DNA of 64,000 nt from the human T2T-CHM13v2.0 reference genome, Homo sapiens (GCF_009914755.1 NC_060926.1); one strand, 5' to 3'; shown: positions 12,821-28,700, counted from the first letter of the stretch. The notes: generated from the letters alone by a model not told the origin. Made by a program: numbers and translations.

Positions 12821-13789
12821 AGATTTCCTTTAAGGTTCTGTATCCCTTAAGGGACTTGCAGCTTTCCAGGACTAGAAAATACACTTTAGATTAAAATTTT
12901 AAAAAGTAGAAAAAAAATTTAGAGAAATTTGGAGGGATAAAAATAAAATCAGTTAACAGAACCTCTGAAACTATGATTTTCAGCCTTTGTTTTGCAACAC
13001 CCTGTGGTATGTTCATCTCCCTCAAAGGATATTATGAAATTCTTTACCCCCAAGGTAATAATGATAATTCACTTTAACTTAAAATGAAGTTGCATAAAGG
13101 AGGAAGGGTGGATCATAAATTTAAATGAGAAAAGCATGTTGCAATTATAGTAGGTTGGAAACCTCTGCTATCTGACTTCCCGGTTTGAGGAAGCTGAGGG
13201 TAATTTAGTGTTTGGGACAAGCATCTTCAGGGTAGTGAACCTAATGCTACTGCAGGTATTGGTCACTGGTTGTATGAGTCCTTCAGTGACTGTTCTGCTT
13301 GCGTAGAATGTAAGAGTACCAATGCCTTGTCACTTTTCCTCCTGTGCTCTTCATTGTGCTACCTACAGAAGGACATCTTCTGAATGTGTCCTTGCAAAAT
13401 AGTTCCCATCCCCAGTATACACAAAATATATACAAAGAATGCACTAAGCTGAAATGGACTGCATGTCACACACTTGAAAAACGCTATCCCGATGGATGGT
13501 GCTCGATGCCTAGACACTTTTAAGTGCCTTGGCCTACAACATATTTTAAAATAGAATGTTCTCTCATTTTTCAAATCTCCATTTGGTGCCTCATTTGAGA
13601 CCTGTAAAGCACTTGTCCTTAGCCCTGAAGCTGAACATAGTGCTCAAGACAGATAAGCAGAATTATAGCACAGGGTGACAAGTGTGGAGATAGAGGTATA
13701 TGTACAGAGTACTGTGGGAACATGGAGAGGGGCACTTTACCATATCCATGTATGTGTGGTAAGTACCAGGGACTTGGAAACATATTATT

Positions 13790-14390
13790 TGATTTTTTAT
13801 GAATAATGTATCTCTCTTAGGTAACTATTATTAACAAATAACATTTATACAGAAGAGTGTATAAATCACGTGTATAGCATGGTGAATTTCCAAAAGGTAA
13901 ACACACCTGTGTAAGTAGCACCTAGATCAAGAAATGATATTTCCAACATCCAGAAGCCTCACTCACGTCCTGTTCCATCACTATGACCACCTTGCCTCAG
14001 AGTAAACACTATGCTGACTTATGATGTCATCATTATTTTTGCCTCTCTTTGATCTTCGTACAAATGAAATCAAACTATGTGCTTGTCTTCTTTCACTCAA
14101 TGTTTATTTGTGAGTGTCATCCATGTAGTTACTTTGGTTGTTGTTCATGCTCATTGCTGATAGTATTCTATTGTATGAGCATACCACAGTTTATCCATTC
14201 TACTATTGATTGACACTTAGGTTATTTTCAGTTTTTTTGCTGTTGTGAATATTGCTACTGTGAACATTCTTGTACATGTCTTGGTTAATGCACATGTATC
14301 CATTCCTGATGGCTGTGTATTGAAGGGTGGACTTGCTGGGTCATATAGTATAGATGATAGGACAGTTTGAGGTTTCTCAACTTTATTAGT
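13790..14390 (-). mobile_element. Old L1 (L1ME/L1MD-like) 3' end
   Basis: gtaaacacacctgtgtaagtagcacctagatcaagaaat and tatccattctactattgattgacacttaggttattttcagttt motifs. Confidence 0.7.
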
Positions 14391-14391
14391 T

Positions 14392-15015
14392 TATCAGTTA
14401 GGGTCCAGTCAGGAGACAGAAACCATAGCAGTAATTTGAATAGGGAAAATTTAATATAGAGAATTACTTACCTAAAGGGGTAAAGGAGATCTCTAAAGAA
14501 TGCAAGACTAGCAGTTGTAGGGAGCAGCTATTCTAGAGCTAAGGGAGAGGAACAAACTTTGAAGACCCTTTCCCCCATCACACCCCGTCACAGCTGAGAT
14601 TCCTACCTCCTTGTTGGAGAGGGTGTGGCTGCAGGCTACGGGAAGATGAAGACCTTCACTGGGGTGCTGTGGGCCAGAATTGGTGCAGGTGGCCTACTGG
14701 GTGCTGGTAAGCCAGAGCTGGCAAAGTGGAAATGGGCTGGTTTCAGTGAAACAGGCTGGAGGATGAGCACTAATAGGTCTTCTGCATGGCTCTGGCAGCA
14801 CCGTGGGAGCAAGGAGGAAAGTACACAGAACCAGGATAAGAAGCTCCTCCCTCTGCTGTGCCTTGCACTGTTCCTCCATCACTCTCTGTTGACAAGCTGA
14901 ACACTGCACCCACTGGCAGAAGAAAAATGTTTACAGGGTCTGGCCCCCGCTTCATAAACAGGGTAAAGCAGAATGGCTTTGGGAGATGAGAGGCAATAAA
15001 TGAATGAATAGCACA
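14392..15015. mobile_element. ERVL-type solo LTR (subfamily uncertain)
   Basis: tatcagttagggtccagtcaggagacagaaaccatagcagtaatttgaataggg... ending gagaggcaataaatgaatgaatagcaca. Confidence 0.6.
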
Positions 15016-15077
15016 ACTAGATAATGGCAAACTTATCTTCCAGTTTATTATTTTTCCTATTAAACCCATCCTCATGA

Positions 15078-15385
<308 letters not shown>

Positions 15386-15399
15386 CCTCATGAGTTCTT

Positions 15400-16460
15400 A
15401 ATTTTAGAGAATATGTTCTTCAGTTTTACAATTCTATTTGATTATTTTCTGTAAATTCCAATTATCTGGTTAACTTATCTTTTCATCTATATCTAAATGG
15501 CTTTCTCCACTTTCTTGCTTGTGTTAATTGTATTTGTTTTCCAGTCCATGTGAGCTAATTTTAATATCTGGAATATCCTTTGATTTTTCTGTGTGTGTTT
15601 CGTTTGCTTTTTTCTTGGTTATCCATCATGTGGTTCTGTTTTTGGTGTTTCTGGTAGTTTTGAGTGAATGTCAGACATTCCAGTTAAAAAACTACAGAGG
15701 CTCCAGATAACGCAGTCTTCTTCCAGAGAGAGGGTTTACTGTCCCCTCTGATAGGGACATAGGCTGATGTGATTGGATGGTCACTTTAATCCAGTCAGGG
15801 TTTTTGCTGAGTCGAAGCTAGTTTATGGCTTTGGTAAGAGTCTGTTTACTTCTGGTTCACTTCTGTTCTGGGATAGTGCTCTTCAGGGTTTTACTTGGGA
15901 GATTGGAGTGGCCAGTGTTCCTAAACAATTCTAAGTGCCTTGGCCCACAACATACTTCAGAATAGAATTCTCTGTCGTTTGTCAAATATTTAAACACACA
16001 AGCAGTGTGGATCTCAAATTCTAAATGTTGTCTTACAAGACTGCTGATTGCTTTGCTCTGCTTTTCAGAGGCGTTTTCTTAATTTTTAGCTTCTGACCTG
16101 GGCTACGCCAGAATTCATCAAAGTCTTGAGAGGAGCTGGCTGCATGTTTGAGGTCTCTCAACACTCTGCCAAAAGCTCCAATGGTTCCTCTAAGCCTCAG
16201 CAGCAGTTTTGTGACTGTGCATAGCCTGGATTCTCAGCCTCCCTCCCGTACCCTAAATTTGCAAATGTCCCCAGGGTAGGAGCAGCTGCAGACATCAGCT
16301 CCTCTCCTTGAGGTTTTCTCCTCTTGATTCTCAGCCTCCCAGTTCTCATTTCTTCCATAGATAGCAAATGCCTTCAAATAGATTTCTATATTTTATTTAG
16401 CTTTCTAGTTGTTCTTATTGAGAGTGCTGATCTGTACAGAGCTACTTCGTCCCACCTGGA
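15400..16460 (-). mobile_element. Old L1M 5'/ORF1-proximal fragment that hosts MIR4263
   Basis: Resembles antisense L1M 5' sequence (tcttcttccagagagagggtttact, tcactttaatccagtcaggg, tatattttatttagctttctagttgttc). Recognised by eye. Confidence 0.55.
15873..15955 (+). ncRNA. MIR4263: miR-4263 precursor hairpin (mature ATTCTAAGTGCCTTGGCC at 15928-15945)
   Basis: The 18-mer matches my recollection of mature hsa-miR-4263, known to lie in a BRE intron. CAGGG..TACTTGGGAGATTG can pair imperfectly with CAATTCTAAGTGCCTTG. Whether it is a functional miRNA cannot be judged from sequence. Confidence 0.85.
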
Positions 16461-17378
16461 AGTCCTCTCCATTATATTTTGAGAATATATAATTTTAAAA
16501 TTTACTTTCAAAGCAAAAGTACAAAAGACTTCAGCAGATCATAAAATACAATGTACATGTATTACACCTTGGTAAGAATGCAGAATTAATAAAATTAATC
16601 AATAATTAATAAAAATGTTTGATATTAATAAAATGTTCAATAACAAATTATTAAAATGAAGATAACTGTACTTCTTCCTTTTATATGAAAACCTAGGTGT
16701 TCACTTCCAATATATATATTCCTAAGGTAGAAATAAAGCATTGTTAACATGGCATCTCTGGTTCTCTTGAGTTGTAATCAAAGGATGCATCATCAGTAAA
16801 TGACCCAAGAGAATATGAGAAAATTACTAGAAATTTTGGTGGAGAACTGGTTTGTGTGTTGATGAACTAAAAACTACTGTATTTCTACTATGTCTGTTTC
16901 ATCAGCCAGGGAAACATTTTATGAAGTAGGAAGAAAGTTGATGTTATTTTTTAAAAAATATACTTCCTAAAGGAAGACAGTAGAAGAACCCTGGTTCAAA
17001 ATTAAGATTTATGATTTCATCTGTTTTCTAAAGGTGTTGCTATTATAGCTAATTATAGATTAAGAAGAGTATTAATATATACACATATGCATACACATAT
17101 AATTTGAAAGCATGTGTTATAAACAAGGCTTTAAAAGTGCAGTTGTAGAAAAACAGAGCACCTTGAAAGCACAAACAAGGTATATTAAAAACATTCACTC
17201 TCCTAAGACAAATAAAAAAAGGCAAACCAAGTTATTTTTTGAAATCCAATGGCAAATATAACATTTAGCAGATGTTGCCAGTTTTGATTTACTCTATTGA
17301 ATTTGTAAAACAGCTATTGGGAAAATGAGGTACGGAGTTGAGTATAAACCATTGCAGTTCAAGAATATGCTTATCCAG

Positions 17379-17690
<312 letters not shown>

Positions 17691-19474
17691 TTAATCAGTT
17701 TTGAAGATTACCCATTGTCTTTGGTTGGTCGTCTCTCGTCATCCATCCGCTCTTTGTCGCCTCCTCTTCTCTCCATCACTCCCTTCAAAGAGCTGGATTT
17801 AAACAAAAAATATTAATAATTATTATTATTATTAGCATTCGAAATACAAGTAAATACCAAGAAAAACCAGTCTATAACCCTAGATGAGTTAAAGATGAAT
17901 ATTCACAGTTTAGTAGATTTTTATTTCCGGTGTTTTTCTGCCTATGCCACATGGACATACGTTTGTCTACATTTTTCAGTTTTTTTTTTACTTTATATAT
18001 TATCATAAGCATTTTTCCTAAGACATTACAGATTTATCTTAAGCACCTTTTAAAATTGGTTTCTGTTCTTTTGATCTGTTCCTGATTGCTAGCACCTCTG
18101 CAGGAAGATAAAAGATGTATCTCAAACCAGTCCTTTTTCTTTATTTTTGTTTGTTACTCATAGAGAGTTCCACTTGAATCTAAATGAAATGGTGATTACT
18201 TGTGAATTCTTAACCATCTTTCCCCTTACTGTGAATAACTAATAGTTGGTTATGGTTGATAACTTACTAAAAAAAGCTATTAATTCGTTATTTTAAGACT
18301 ACTGTCTGTGAACAAGGCTTTTACCTTTGTTTCTCTTAAGAAAGTAAGGGAGAAAGGAAGGTTTTAGTAACATCAAAATTGTTTTTAGCTAATATATGTA
18401 TAGCATTGAGTAGAAGATAGAGAACCAACCTTTCAAGAGGACTTTGGTTTAATTGGAGAATCAGGACTTAGACATTAAAAGGGAAATATTGTAGCAAATT
18501 ACAGTACAGTATATTATCATAGCACATTATATACACCTTTGTAGCATTGTATTCTGTCTAGTAATTGCTTGTTTACCTTTTTGTCTTCTGTACATTTGTG
18601 AGAACACCTTGAAGGCAGAGACTATTATCTTACTTGTCTTTAGTTTTCCTAACATCTATTTGTGGTACCAGGCACACTAAGATTTTTTTTTTGTTTTTAT
18701 TTTAATGAATGAATATGCTGAGTGCCACATTAATGATACAAGAAGTCTGATAAAGTAGAAAGTAGTGCTTATTGTACCTAAGGTGATCTGAGACTTTATG
18801 GAAGAAGAAGGGTTCTAGCTGACTCTTCAAGCAGGAGTAGGATTTAGAAGGCAAGAGATGGGGGGATGGCACTGTAGACAGGGGACAAAAGTACAGAGAA
18901 GCATCATATACCAAGGATGGCATATTGGAAGCACTGAGCAAGCCAGTTGGCTTGGAGTAGTTTGCATAGGCAAATAGTAGAAAATACGGTTACAAAAGTA
19001 GGTTGAAGTAGAATTGTAAGGGGTTTAGAATACAGTGCTAAGGATTATTCATTGCCAGTCTAAGCTGTGATTTTAAAAAACTTCCACAGCCTTAGGTTTT
19101 GTTTTCCTTCTTCCTAGTATGATTTAACCAAGACGTTGAAACTTTTGTGAGATGTTCATGATTTGAGGATAATATTTTTTTCTTTATGGTACTAAGGATT
19201 TCAGAAATTTTTAATGCCTTTTTAGCCACTTGCTGTTAAGCACGCTTCCTGAAATAGTTACGAACTTCATGTGTATACATTAGTTTTTCAGAGGAGTCAG
19301 ACTTTTATTATACATTTAAAAAGAATGTGTAGTTGCTTGCTGATTATATTCCCTCAGGATCTTTAAATTAATTATTTCATATTCTTCACTTGTTTCAAAG
19401 GCTGTTCTTACAAATAGCTTGCTTTGTGTGCTTTTGGTATACAGGATCTTCTGAGGGAAGGGCTATTTATCTTT

Positions 19475-20735
19475 TAATAAAGTTTTAATTTTAGAATTTT
19501 TGTTTTAGATTTATAGAATTGCTGCCAAGACAGTACAGAGAGCAGAGAGTTCCTAAGTGCCCCACATTCAGCTTCCCCTATTGTTAATATCTTATATTAC
19601 TATGGTACATTTGTGACAATTTGTCCACAAACCAGTAATGATATATTATTATTAACTAAAGTCCGTACTTTATTCCGATTTTAAAAATTTTTTCTTAATG
19701 TCCTTTTTCTATTCTAGGATACCATCTAGGATTCCACATTGCATTTAGTCTTCATGTCTGTTTGGGTTCCTTTTGTGACAGTTTCTCATATTTTCCTTGT
19801 TTTTGATAACTTTGATGGTTTTGCAGAGTAACTGGCCAGGTATTTTATAGAATGTCACTCAGTTGGGATTTGTCTGATTTTTTTTCATGTTTAGGCTATG
19901 GTTATGGGCTTTTGGTAGAAAGACTTCAGAGGTACAAATCCATTTTCATCACATATCAAGTCATATTGATAGCCACATACTATTGATATGACTTTGCACT
20001 ATTGTTGACCTTAATCACTTGGCTTGAGGGAGTGTTTGCTACCCTGTAAAGCTACTCTTTCTTTCCCCCTTTTATCCTTTACTATGGAAGGGTCTCACTG
20101 TGTGCAACCCACAGAAGTGGGAGTTATGCCCTCTTTGAGGGCAGTATCTACATAAATTATTTGGAATTCTACTGCCTGGAAGATTTGTCTATTCTCTCCA
20201 TTTATTAATTTATTCAATCATTTATTTGTATCAGTATGGACTTATAGATATTTATTTTATACTTTGGGTTACAGTCCAATACTATGTTATTTATTTTGTT
20301 CTTCAAATTCTTCCAGCTTTGGCCACTGGAAGTTCTTCCACTTGGTTCCTATATTCCTTTGATATGCCCCCATCATTATAGATGTTTTTATTTGTTTGTG
20401 TTTTTTTGTGGCATTTTCTTACTTTCTGGCACTATGAGATGATCTTGGCTCATCTTGTCAGTTTCCTGCTCCAGTCTTAGTATCAGCCATTTCTCCAAGG
20501 AACCCTTGTCCTTTTTATTGGAGAAAGGTCTTAGAAACCAAGATCTTAGTGCCAGATGTGCTTGTTGCTACTGGGATGTCATTGCTTTTATTTAGGTCCT
20601 TTCAGCTCACAGAGCAAGGAAATGTGCATATCTATAAATATTTGTCTATGTAGCCATCTGTACCTATATTAAGGGAAACATGATTTTACTGATGTCTTCA
20701 ACTCTTATCTACTTCCACATGGATCATTCTAGTCA
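19475..20735 (-). mobile_element. L1MC-like 3'UTR
   Basis: gtacagagag..ttcc..ccccac..cagcttcccctattgttaatatctta; catttctccaaggaaccct...tagaaaccaagatct. Confidence 0.8.
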
Positions 20736-21053
20736 CCAGGAAGGATTATTTTAAGATCCCATTTGTGTATGTACTGACGTCTGCCTTCCTGTGATATTAT
20801 TCCTTTTTGTTAGTTAATTCCTACTACAAACATGTATTGAGCCTGTATTATATTTAAGGCTTGCACTAGGTGCAAGGGATACAAAAATGAATGATTCATT
20901 GATGCATTCACAGTTTCTTCAATACCTGTTTATTGAATACCTCATATTTAGGCACTGTGCTCCATGCTCACACTTTAGTAGTGGAGAAAATATGGCTACA
21001 GACAGTTATGCTATAAGGCAGGATGGAACTGTGATACAAGGTAGAAAAGAAAG

Positions 21054-21446
21054 TGTGTTCTTGTGTTGCTATTAAATAGTATGTAAGACTGAGTAATTTA
21101 TAAAGAAAAGTAGTCTATTTGGGCTCACAGTTCTGCAGGCTGTACAGGAAACATAGTGCTGGCATCTGCTTCTGGAAAGAGCCTCAGGGATCTTACAATC
21201 ATGGCAGAAGGCAAAGGGGAAGTAGGCGTATCACATGGTGAGAGCAGGAGCAAGAGAGAGAGGAGGGGGGTGCTACACTTCTTCAAACAATCAGATCTCA
21301 TGTGAATTCAGAGTGAGAACTCACTCATTACCATGAGGATAGACCCGCCCCTATGCACCAAACACCTCCCACCAGGCCCCACCTCCAACATTGGGAGTTA
21401 GATTTCAACATGAGATTTGGAGGGGACAAATGTCCAAACTGTATCA
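21054..21446. mobile_element. MaLR solo LTR (MSTA/MSTB-like)
   Basis: TG...CA ends with 5-bp TSD gaaag; cttacaatcatggcagaaggcaaaggggaag; ccaggccccacctccaacattggg. Confidence 0.9.
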
Positions 21447-21519
21447 GAAAGGTAATAACAGAGTTCAAATGAAGAAGAAATTACTTCAGGAAAGGCAATC
21501 ACATGATGAATTGTAGCAG

Positions 21520-21910
21520 TTAGAACTTGATGAGATGCAAGTGACAGAAAATACAATCAAACAGGTAAAAAAAAAAAAAAAAAGGAATTTATTGATTCAT
21601 ATAACAGTAAAGACCAGGGGTAGAACTAGCTTGGGGTGCGAATAGTTTTAGGGCTTAAACAATGTTATCAGGGCTTTGCTCTGCCTTCTGCTCACGCTGA
21701 TATTACTCTTAGGCTCTTCCTAGTATCTCCTAGTACTTCTAGGTGAACATCACAACACCAAGTTCCGAAGAAAAGAAAGTCTGGTATCACAAAGTCTTGG
21801 AATTGAGACTTGTCTTGACTTTCCTCATATAGGTCATTGTATCTGTGAACATTATTGCTCTGGGGAATAGAATGTGCTGATGAGCTTAGCTTTGTACATG
21901 TGCTCCATCT
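21520..21910. mobile_element. Old MLT1 (J/K/L-like) LTR remnant
   Basis: gcaagtgacagaaaatacaatcaaac...aaaggaatttattgattcatataac. Confidence 0.55.
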
Positions 21911-22059
21911 GTTTCACAGATGTTGATTTTGTGATTGTTATTAATTAAGGTATTCATTTTTGTTTTGTGAACTTGTCCATATATTTGTTATATTTTGCAA
22001 TAAAGTTTTTTTTAAAAAAGCTAAATATATTCAGTATATAAATATTAATCAATGTAATT

Positions 22060-22480
22060 ACTCAGATTCAGGTAGTCCACTTAATCCTAAGATGGCTATC
22101 TACAAAGAAATTTACTCCTAGACACATCATGGCAAATTACAGAAAACCAAAGACAAGGAGAAAAATCTAAAAAAAGAAACCAGAGAAAACAAAAGAGCAA
22201 CCATTAGATTGTTAGCTGACTTCTTAATAGCATTAATGAAAGAGAGAATACAGTTTAGTGATATATTTAATGTGATAAACTAAACAACTGTTTAAAATCC
22301 TATACCTAGCAAAAAGATTATTGACTAATTTAAGTGAAATAAATCCATTTTCAAGTAAACAAAAGCAGAGACTTCATCATTAGCAAACCTTTGCTAATTC
22401 TTCAGGGAGATGAAAGACAAAAATCTCAGGTGGAAGATAGAGATGCGGAAAGGAGTAAACGGCCACAAAATATAATAAAG
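22060..22480 (+). mobile_element. L1 ORF1 fragment (old L1M)
   Basis: cctagacacatcatggcaaattacagaaaaccaaagacaaggagaaaaatct...agattgttagctgacttct. Confidence 0.65.
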
Positions 22481-22889
22481 GGAGCCAGTAGCTAAAGAGG
22501 GTATAAAATTATAAATCATCTAGAGGGTGTTTTAGCTAGAATTGTTTTATACATTTTGGTGATTATTAGGATTTATGTTCCCAATATACTTCATGTAGGC
22601 AAATACTAGAATTATGTGACTTCTTGGTGTTTACTGATTTGGGAGTGGGGAAGTGAGTGACTGTAGGGTGAAAAAAGAAAATGACATTAAAGCTTTGTTT
22701 TGCAAGTAGATAATTTAGTGTTGACCATGTCTGCCATCCTGCTTTCTACATTTCTCTTCTTGTATTGCTGTGTGGTGCTGTGATTATTTCATGGGGAAAT
22801 CAGGAATGTATTGATTGCTGGATCCTAGCTCCCAGAGATTTCAATTTATTTATTTAGTCTGGGGTAGAACCTGGGCATCAGTGGTTTTA

Positions 22890-23191
<302 letters not shown>

Positions 23192-24197
23192 CTAGATTTA
23201 GTTTTATTGATTACTAGGTGGATTATGCAGGATCTATGTATTTATTTATTGATAAAACTGATAAGTACCTGTCTCACAAGGCCATTTTAGGGAATAAAGA
23301 CAGTAATATTTGAATGTAAAAATGGAAAGAAAACCAGAGGTGTGGAGGCCAAAATGACCAAGGACAACATATAATCATTACCAGAGAGAGCTTAGCACAT
23401 GGATGTATTTTCAAAGAAGCCCTAAGTTTACCTTTGTAATTGAAGCAGTTTGTTTTGATTTTTGTACTTATCTTTCAACTCATATAGCAATGAGGTTTTG
23501 TGCTTAATGAAGTCTTTAGGATTGGGATTGCTCTGCTGTACTTGGGTTATCTACAAGAATGGGCACATTACAGAGGAAGAGTCTCATAAATTTTGAACCT
23601 GGTTCTAATATATGTTTTCTCCAACATTTTTAAAAAGCAAAAAAAAAAAAAAACACTTAGCCATTAAAAAACATTTTTCAGAGAAATTATCTACATCCTG
23701 CTGAGAATTTTATGCCAAACTGCAGCCCCCACACAAGCTTTGGAGAGCCAAGATATTTAAACCTGTAAAGGAAAACGCCAGCTCAGCCCTTACACTGGTT
23801 TGATGTAATCCTTTAACCACAGAATGGTTTCTAGCCTTGAATTGACAATGACTCAGTAGACCTTGTATACGTTTTAAGAATGTTTTTAAGTAGGTAGGAT
23901 TACAAAAATAGAAGTACAACATTATTATGAACAAAACATTCAACACATTGAATACAGTTTCTTGAATCTGTTTCAAGAACATTTATGAAGAAACCAGATT
24001 GAAAAATAAAGTCTGGATTATTATAGAATTTTCAAAAGAAGGACAGCTAATTACTTATAGTATCTAAAATAGTCTACCAGAGGTTATCAGTCACTTTTTA
24101 AAATCAAAGGAGGTGGTTCTTTAGGAGGTTAAAAAATTAATTTGCACAAACACTAATTGACATAACAATTACATATAATTTGTGTGTTTAAAGATAC

Positions 24198-24352
24198 TTT
24201 TTTTTTTTTTTTGGTTAAGATATGGGGTCTCTGTTGCCTAGGCTGGAAGTGTGGCGGCACAATCACAGCTCACTGCTGCCTCGACTTCCTGGGCTTAGGT
24301 GATCCCACCTCAGCCTCCTGAGTAGCTGGGACCACACTTCCATGCCTGGCTT
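24198..24352 (-). mobile_element. Alu monomer fragment (AluJ/FRAM-like)
   Basis: Poly-T, then ctgttgcctaggctggaagtg...cagctcactgctgcctcgacttcctgggctt. Confidence 0.8.
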
Positions 24353-25224
24353 AAAAATACATTTTAAAAAGACTTATTTATTTTAGTAATTTGAAGATGT
24401 TTCCAAGGTTAACATGAACTTTAGCCTAGTTAGCGCCTCTGGGAATTATTTTTAAAAAGCAAAATGTGTCTCAATGAGATTTGACTTTAATTTAAAACTA
24501 ATTTAATGTACTAGTTAACCATTTATTTTACTTTCAACTACTATCTAGGTTCTACTCCAAATTCAGTAAATCTATACAGATTAAATTAAAAAGCATTTTC
24601 AAGTTGGGAAAAGAGATAACTATTTCAAACTTTTGAGTTTATATATTTTTATTGATATATAAATAGAACTGAATAGAAATACTTTTGGAATGAGCTATAG
24701 ATTTATTTTATGTATGTATCTTGTCTAGTTCATAGTGAATACATCATAGACAACCTTAGCTGTGTTTTACTGAATTAGAAAATCTGTCATAGTGATTGTC
24801 AACCTTTTAATACTAAACACAAATAATTGAAATACTGTCTGTTAATCTAAGGATTTTGACTTCCTGAAGAGAGCTTTAAGTCCATTTCTTATGTTTTGTT
24901 AGTATTTTTTGGACTTTTTAATTTGTAATTATTAAATTTGAGATAAAAATTTTTGTGCTGTTTTGCAGCATGCCCTGTGAAAATTTTCTTTTTCAAGGAA
25001 ACAATGCATTTTAAAATGTTTGTAACATTTAGAATAAAGGACTAAGGGAGTTTTGAAAATTGATAAATTTTTAAGCCAGATTAAACAATTAAGATTAATT
25101 GCATACCTTCTTTAACTTTTAGCTTCATGTCATGGCTATAAATTTGTAAGTAGCCATTTTAGAAATCCAATTATAATTCTTAGGTATAATTTTCAGAAAT
25201 CAAAACAACAAAATTAATTACAAC

Positions 25225-25760
25225 TGTAGAATTTCCTTATTTGAAAAACTTTCTATTTTGGGGTATTGTATAATGAATCCCCATGGATCTCGTTTCAATA
25301 ATTGCCACGTCATAATCTTGTTTCATCTATACTCCTATTCACTTACTGCCTAGTAGCATTGTAGTTTGAAGCAAACCCCACATATTATGACACTTCATCT
25401 GTAAATATTTCAGTATAATATGCAAAAATATAAATCTTTTAAAAAGCATAACCAAAATACCATTATCTTATCTAAACAAATTGACAGTAATTCCCTAGCA
25501 TCATCAAATAACCAGTCATTGTTCAAATTCCTAATTGTTTGAATTAAGATCTATGCATTGTGATTGTTATGTCAAGTCTTTTTAAGTTACTGGTTTTCTC
25601 CATCTTTTTTTTCCCCTTTTTTGCAATTTATAGCTGCAGAAACAGGGCCATTTGTCCTAGAAAATTACCACAGACTAGATTTTGCTGATTGTATCTCTGT
25701 GGTATAGTTTAACATGTTCCTTTCTTCCTCTGCAGTTCATATAAATTGGTAGTTGGATAT
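25225..25760 (-). mobile_element. Old L1MC/L1ME 3' fragment
   Basis: ttgaagcaaacccc..atattat..acttcatctgtaaatatttcagtat; cataaccaaaataccattat. Confidence 0.6.
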
Positions 25761-28700
25761 ATGTCCCAAATTTCTTGTACCTTAAATTACTTGGTACATA
25801 GTCACAAACCAAAAGTAACCCTGGTTTCCCCTACCATCCTGGTTTCTAAATTTTGTGAAATAGCTGAAATAAGGACTATGTGCTTTATTTTATACACAAC
25901 ATATAGAGGCATCTTTAGATTTTATTTAGATAATTGTATATAATGCTTGACTGAAGATTAGAATTTGCAGTGACATTAGTTTTAGCAAAATGAGACAAAT
26001 AAGTGTATAGCAAGTAGAAAATAACTATTAAAAGCAACAAGGATTCTAAAGGTACAGTATCCTGGTGTCATTTATTTTAAGGACAGGTAGCCTATTCACC
26101 TAAAACGTCCCTAACTATATCACTCTTTTTAAAAAGTGGCTATCTGTTCTTATAAGAATGACCCTTGTTCATCAAGTAAGGTGAATGATACTAAGTATGC
26201 TTTATTTTAAACAATAACAGGAGCAACTAGAGAGTTAGCAGTTTAGTTTAGCACTTGAAGGATTAAGGAATTATATATTGTAGTTGAAAAATATGGTGAT
26301 CTGTTTAATCTGTAACCTCTGTATACGATATATTTAATGTGTGTATATTAATGTTAGGTGTCATATATAAAAATTACAGAAATTCTTCTGTATTGAGAAT
26401 TGTGGGGAAATAAGGTATATGGATTAATCCAATATTCAGACTCATAAAAATATATAAGCTATATATGGGCCACCAGTTCTTTTAAAATAATTGATTTTTT
26501 AAATAAAATACCCCTTCCACTAAAAGTAGAACATAATTTGATCTTTTTTTTTGATGGTTTGGAAGCATTTAAGAGACTTTATAGCATCAGTATTATTATT
26601 AACCTTAATTATCATTATATTGTAGCTGTATAGCAGAGTTGATTAATGCAGAGTTCCAAAGTAATGTTTGTTACCAGAGAATTTTCACTGGATTAAGAAA
26701 GCCTGAATGGTAGTCACAGAGAATCACATAAAGAGACAGGAACTACTATGGATGCATATATATGTGTGGCTGCATACATAGACTTATATTTACTCATGTG
26801 CACAGGTGTACATATTATCGTTAAATTTATAATGTATATTGTTAAACATATATACATATATATCAACCTGTGACATGTGCAGCCATTACCAGTACTAAGG
26901 AAGCTGCAAATGGAAGAAATTTGATCAAAATTTACCAAGAGGAAATTGGCTCCAAGACATAATGCTTTTGGCTGGAGAAGATAGTGATCCTGGCACAGTA
27001 TACTCTCTATTTCCTTGTTAGAGCTCCAAGATTAAAAGAATTAGCTACATAGAGGCAGATGCTTGGTAGCTTTCTGGAAGCACAATTATAAGGTTTATGA
27101 AAAACAGGAAGATCAACATCACATACAGGTTTTATGAACTGGGAACTGATTTAATGTGCTATTTTGTATCCCTTAGACCTTGTCTATTGAGCCATAATAA
27201 TTTCATTTCATTTTTATAACTATTTTTACTTTCTTATTTTAAGTGTGATAGCCTTTGGAAAGAAATTATGTCTTAGAATGCTTTTAAGATACTGTTTTTC
27301 AGATTGTTCAAACTTTTTGTGATTGATGACTATAATTAGTCATATTGCAATATTGTATTTTCAGAATTGCTCTCCAATTTTCTTTTCTCTACTTCTGCTA
27401 ATAACCACAGATTAACTTGGCTCCCAGTAGCCAGTATCTTTATTGACCCTGGAAAATGTTTTGGATCCTTTAATATACCTAATTTTGTTTATAATGAATT
27501 GAATAGTAGTGATCATTCACTTGAAAAATAATTTGAGTGCCCATTTTGAATAACCCATAATGTCTAATGCAGTATTTGCATAGAGATGAATAAAATACTG
27601 TTCCTGTCCTCCCATAGTTTATAATCTCATAGAAAGACAGTGATATGAAGTAACTGTATTACCCAGACAATCAGTGATTTCTTATGAACATTAGTGGGTG
27701 CAATAAATAGGAGAGGTTTCTTTTCATCTTTAATTTTCAATGACTGAGAAACTTCAGCTATTCTTTTGCTTACATGACACCAATAAACACCTGATGCATC
27801 TACCATAAATGAAGAGACCATGGGAAGAAATAAACAGTCTTTTTAGGAGATGCCCTAAAATCTCAGTAATCTTACTTGTAGCAGGGGCTACGAACTCAAA
27901 TGTCTGAAGGAGCCAGTCAAGTGTACCCAGGTAACACAAATGAATGAAAAAGTATGTATGAAACAGTTGGAATTGGTGGGGATTGTGACCTGCTGAAGTG
28001 TGTATGCTTTGTTTAAAGATTTTCAAATAAAAATTTGTGTGGGTCAAAGAAAGCATGTCTGCAGGCTGAGGCGGTCAATTTGCAAATGCTCCGTAATTCC
28101 TTAATCTTAATGAAACCATCACAAAAACATTTGAGAGAAAAGATGATGATTTAAAAATTAAACACAAATAAATATGTCCAATTTGAGAATGATCACACCA
28201 TTGAGTAAGCTATTTGGCACTTTCCCCCCAGGGCACCAGTGACATTAAATTGGGGTGATGGGATCTCACAGACAGCCTGGATGATATTACAGTTCTAGGC
28301 AGATGAAAGGATCAAGTTTAGTAAAATTCATTACTATAGGAGAAGCAGAAAGGAGCAAGAGTGATGTTGGCTCTCCATTGTTGAAGATGTTCTTCCCCCC
28401 TGGATATGGGCAGCTCTGGATTCCAGGTGATATTCATTGTTAGAAGTAGACCAGAGGTCTGGAGACACAACCTGTAACTTCCTGGGATACGTGTGGGGCA
28501 ACTAGTGGAAAGCTCTAGTGGGTGGAGCTTTTAGCCATCGTTTAGTCAATGGATTGTATGTGAAGGTCTAGCGAGTTTATATGAAATTATTTGGGCCTTC
28601 AATCACAATGAGAAAATTCATCGGAAAAGTAAGTGTTCTGGGTTTTGCCTGCTATGTGGGTGCCTGAACCTGACTCCAAAATCATGAATAGATTGTATAG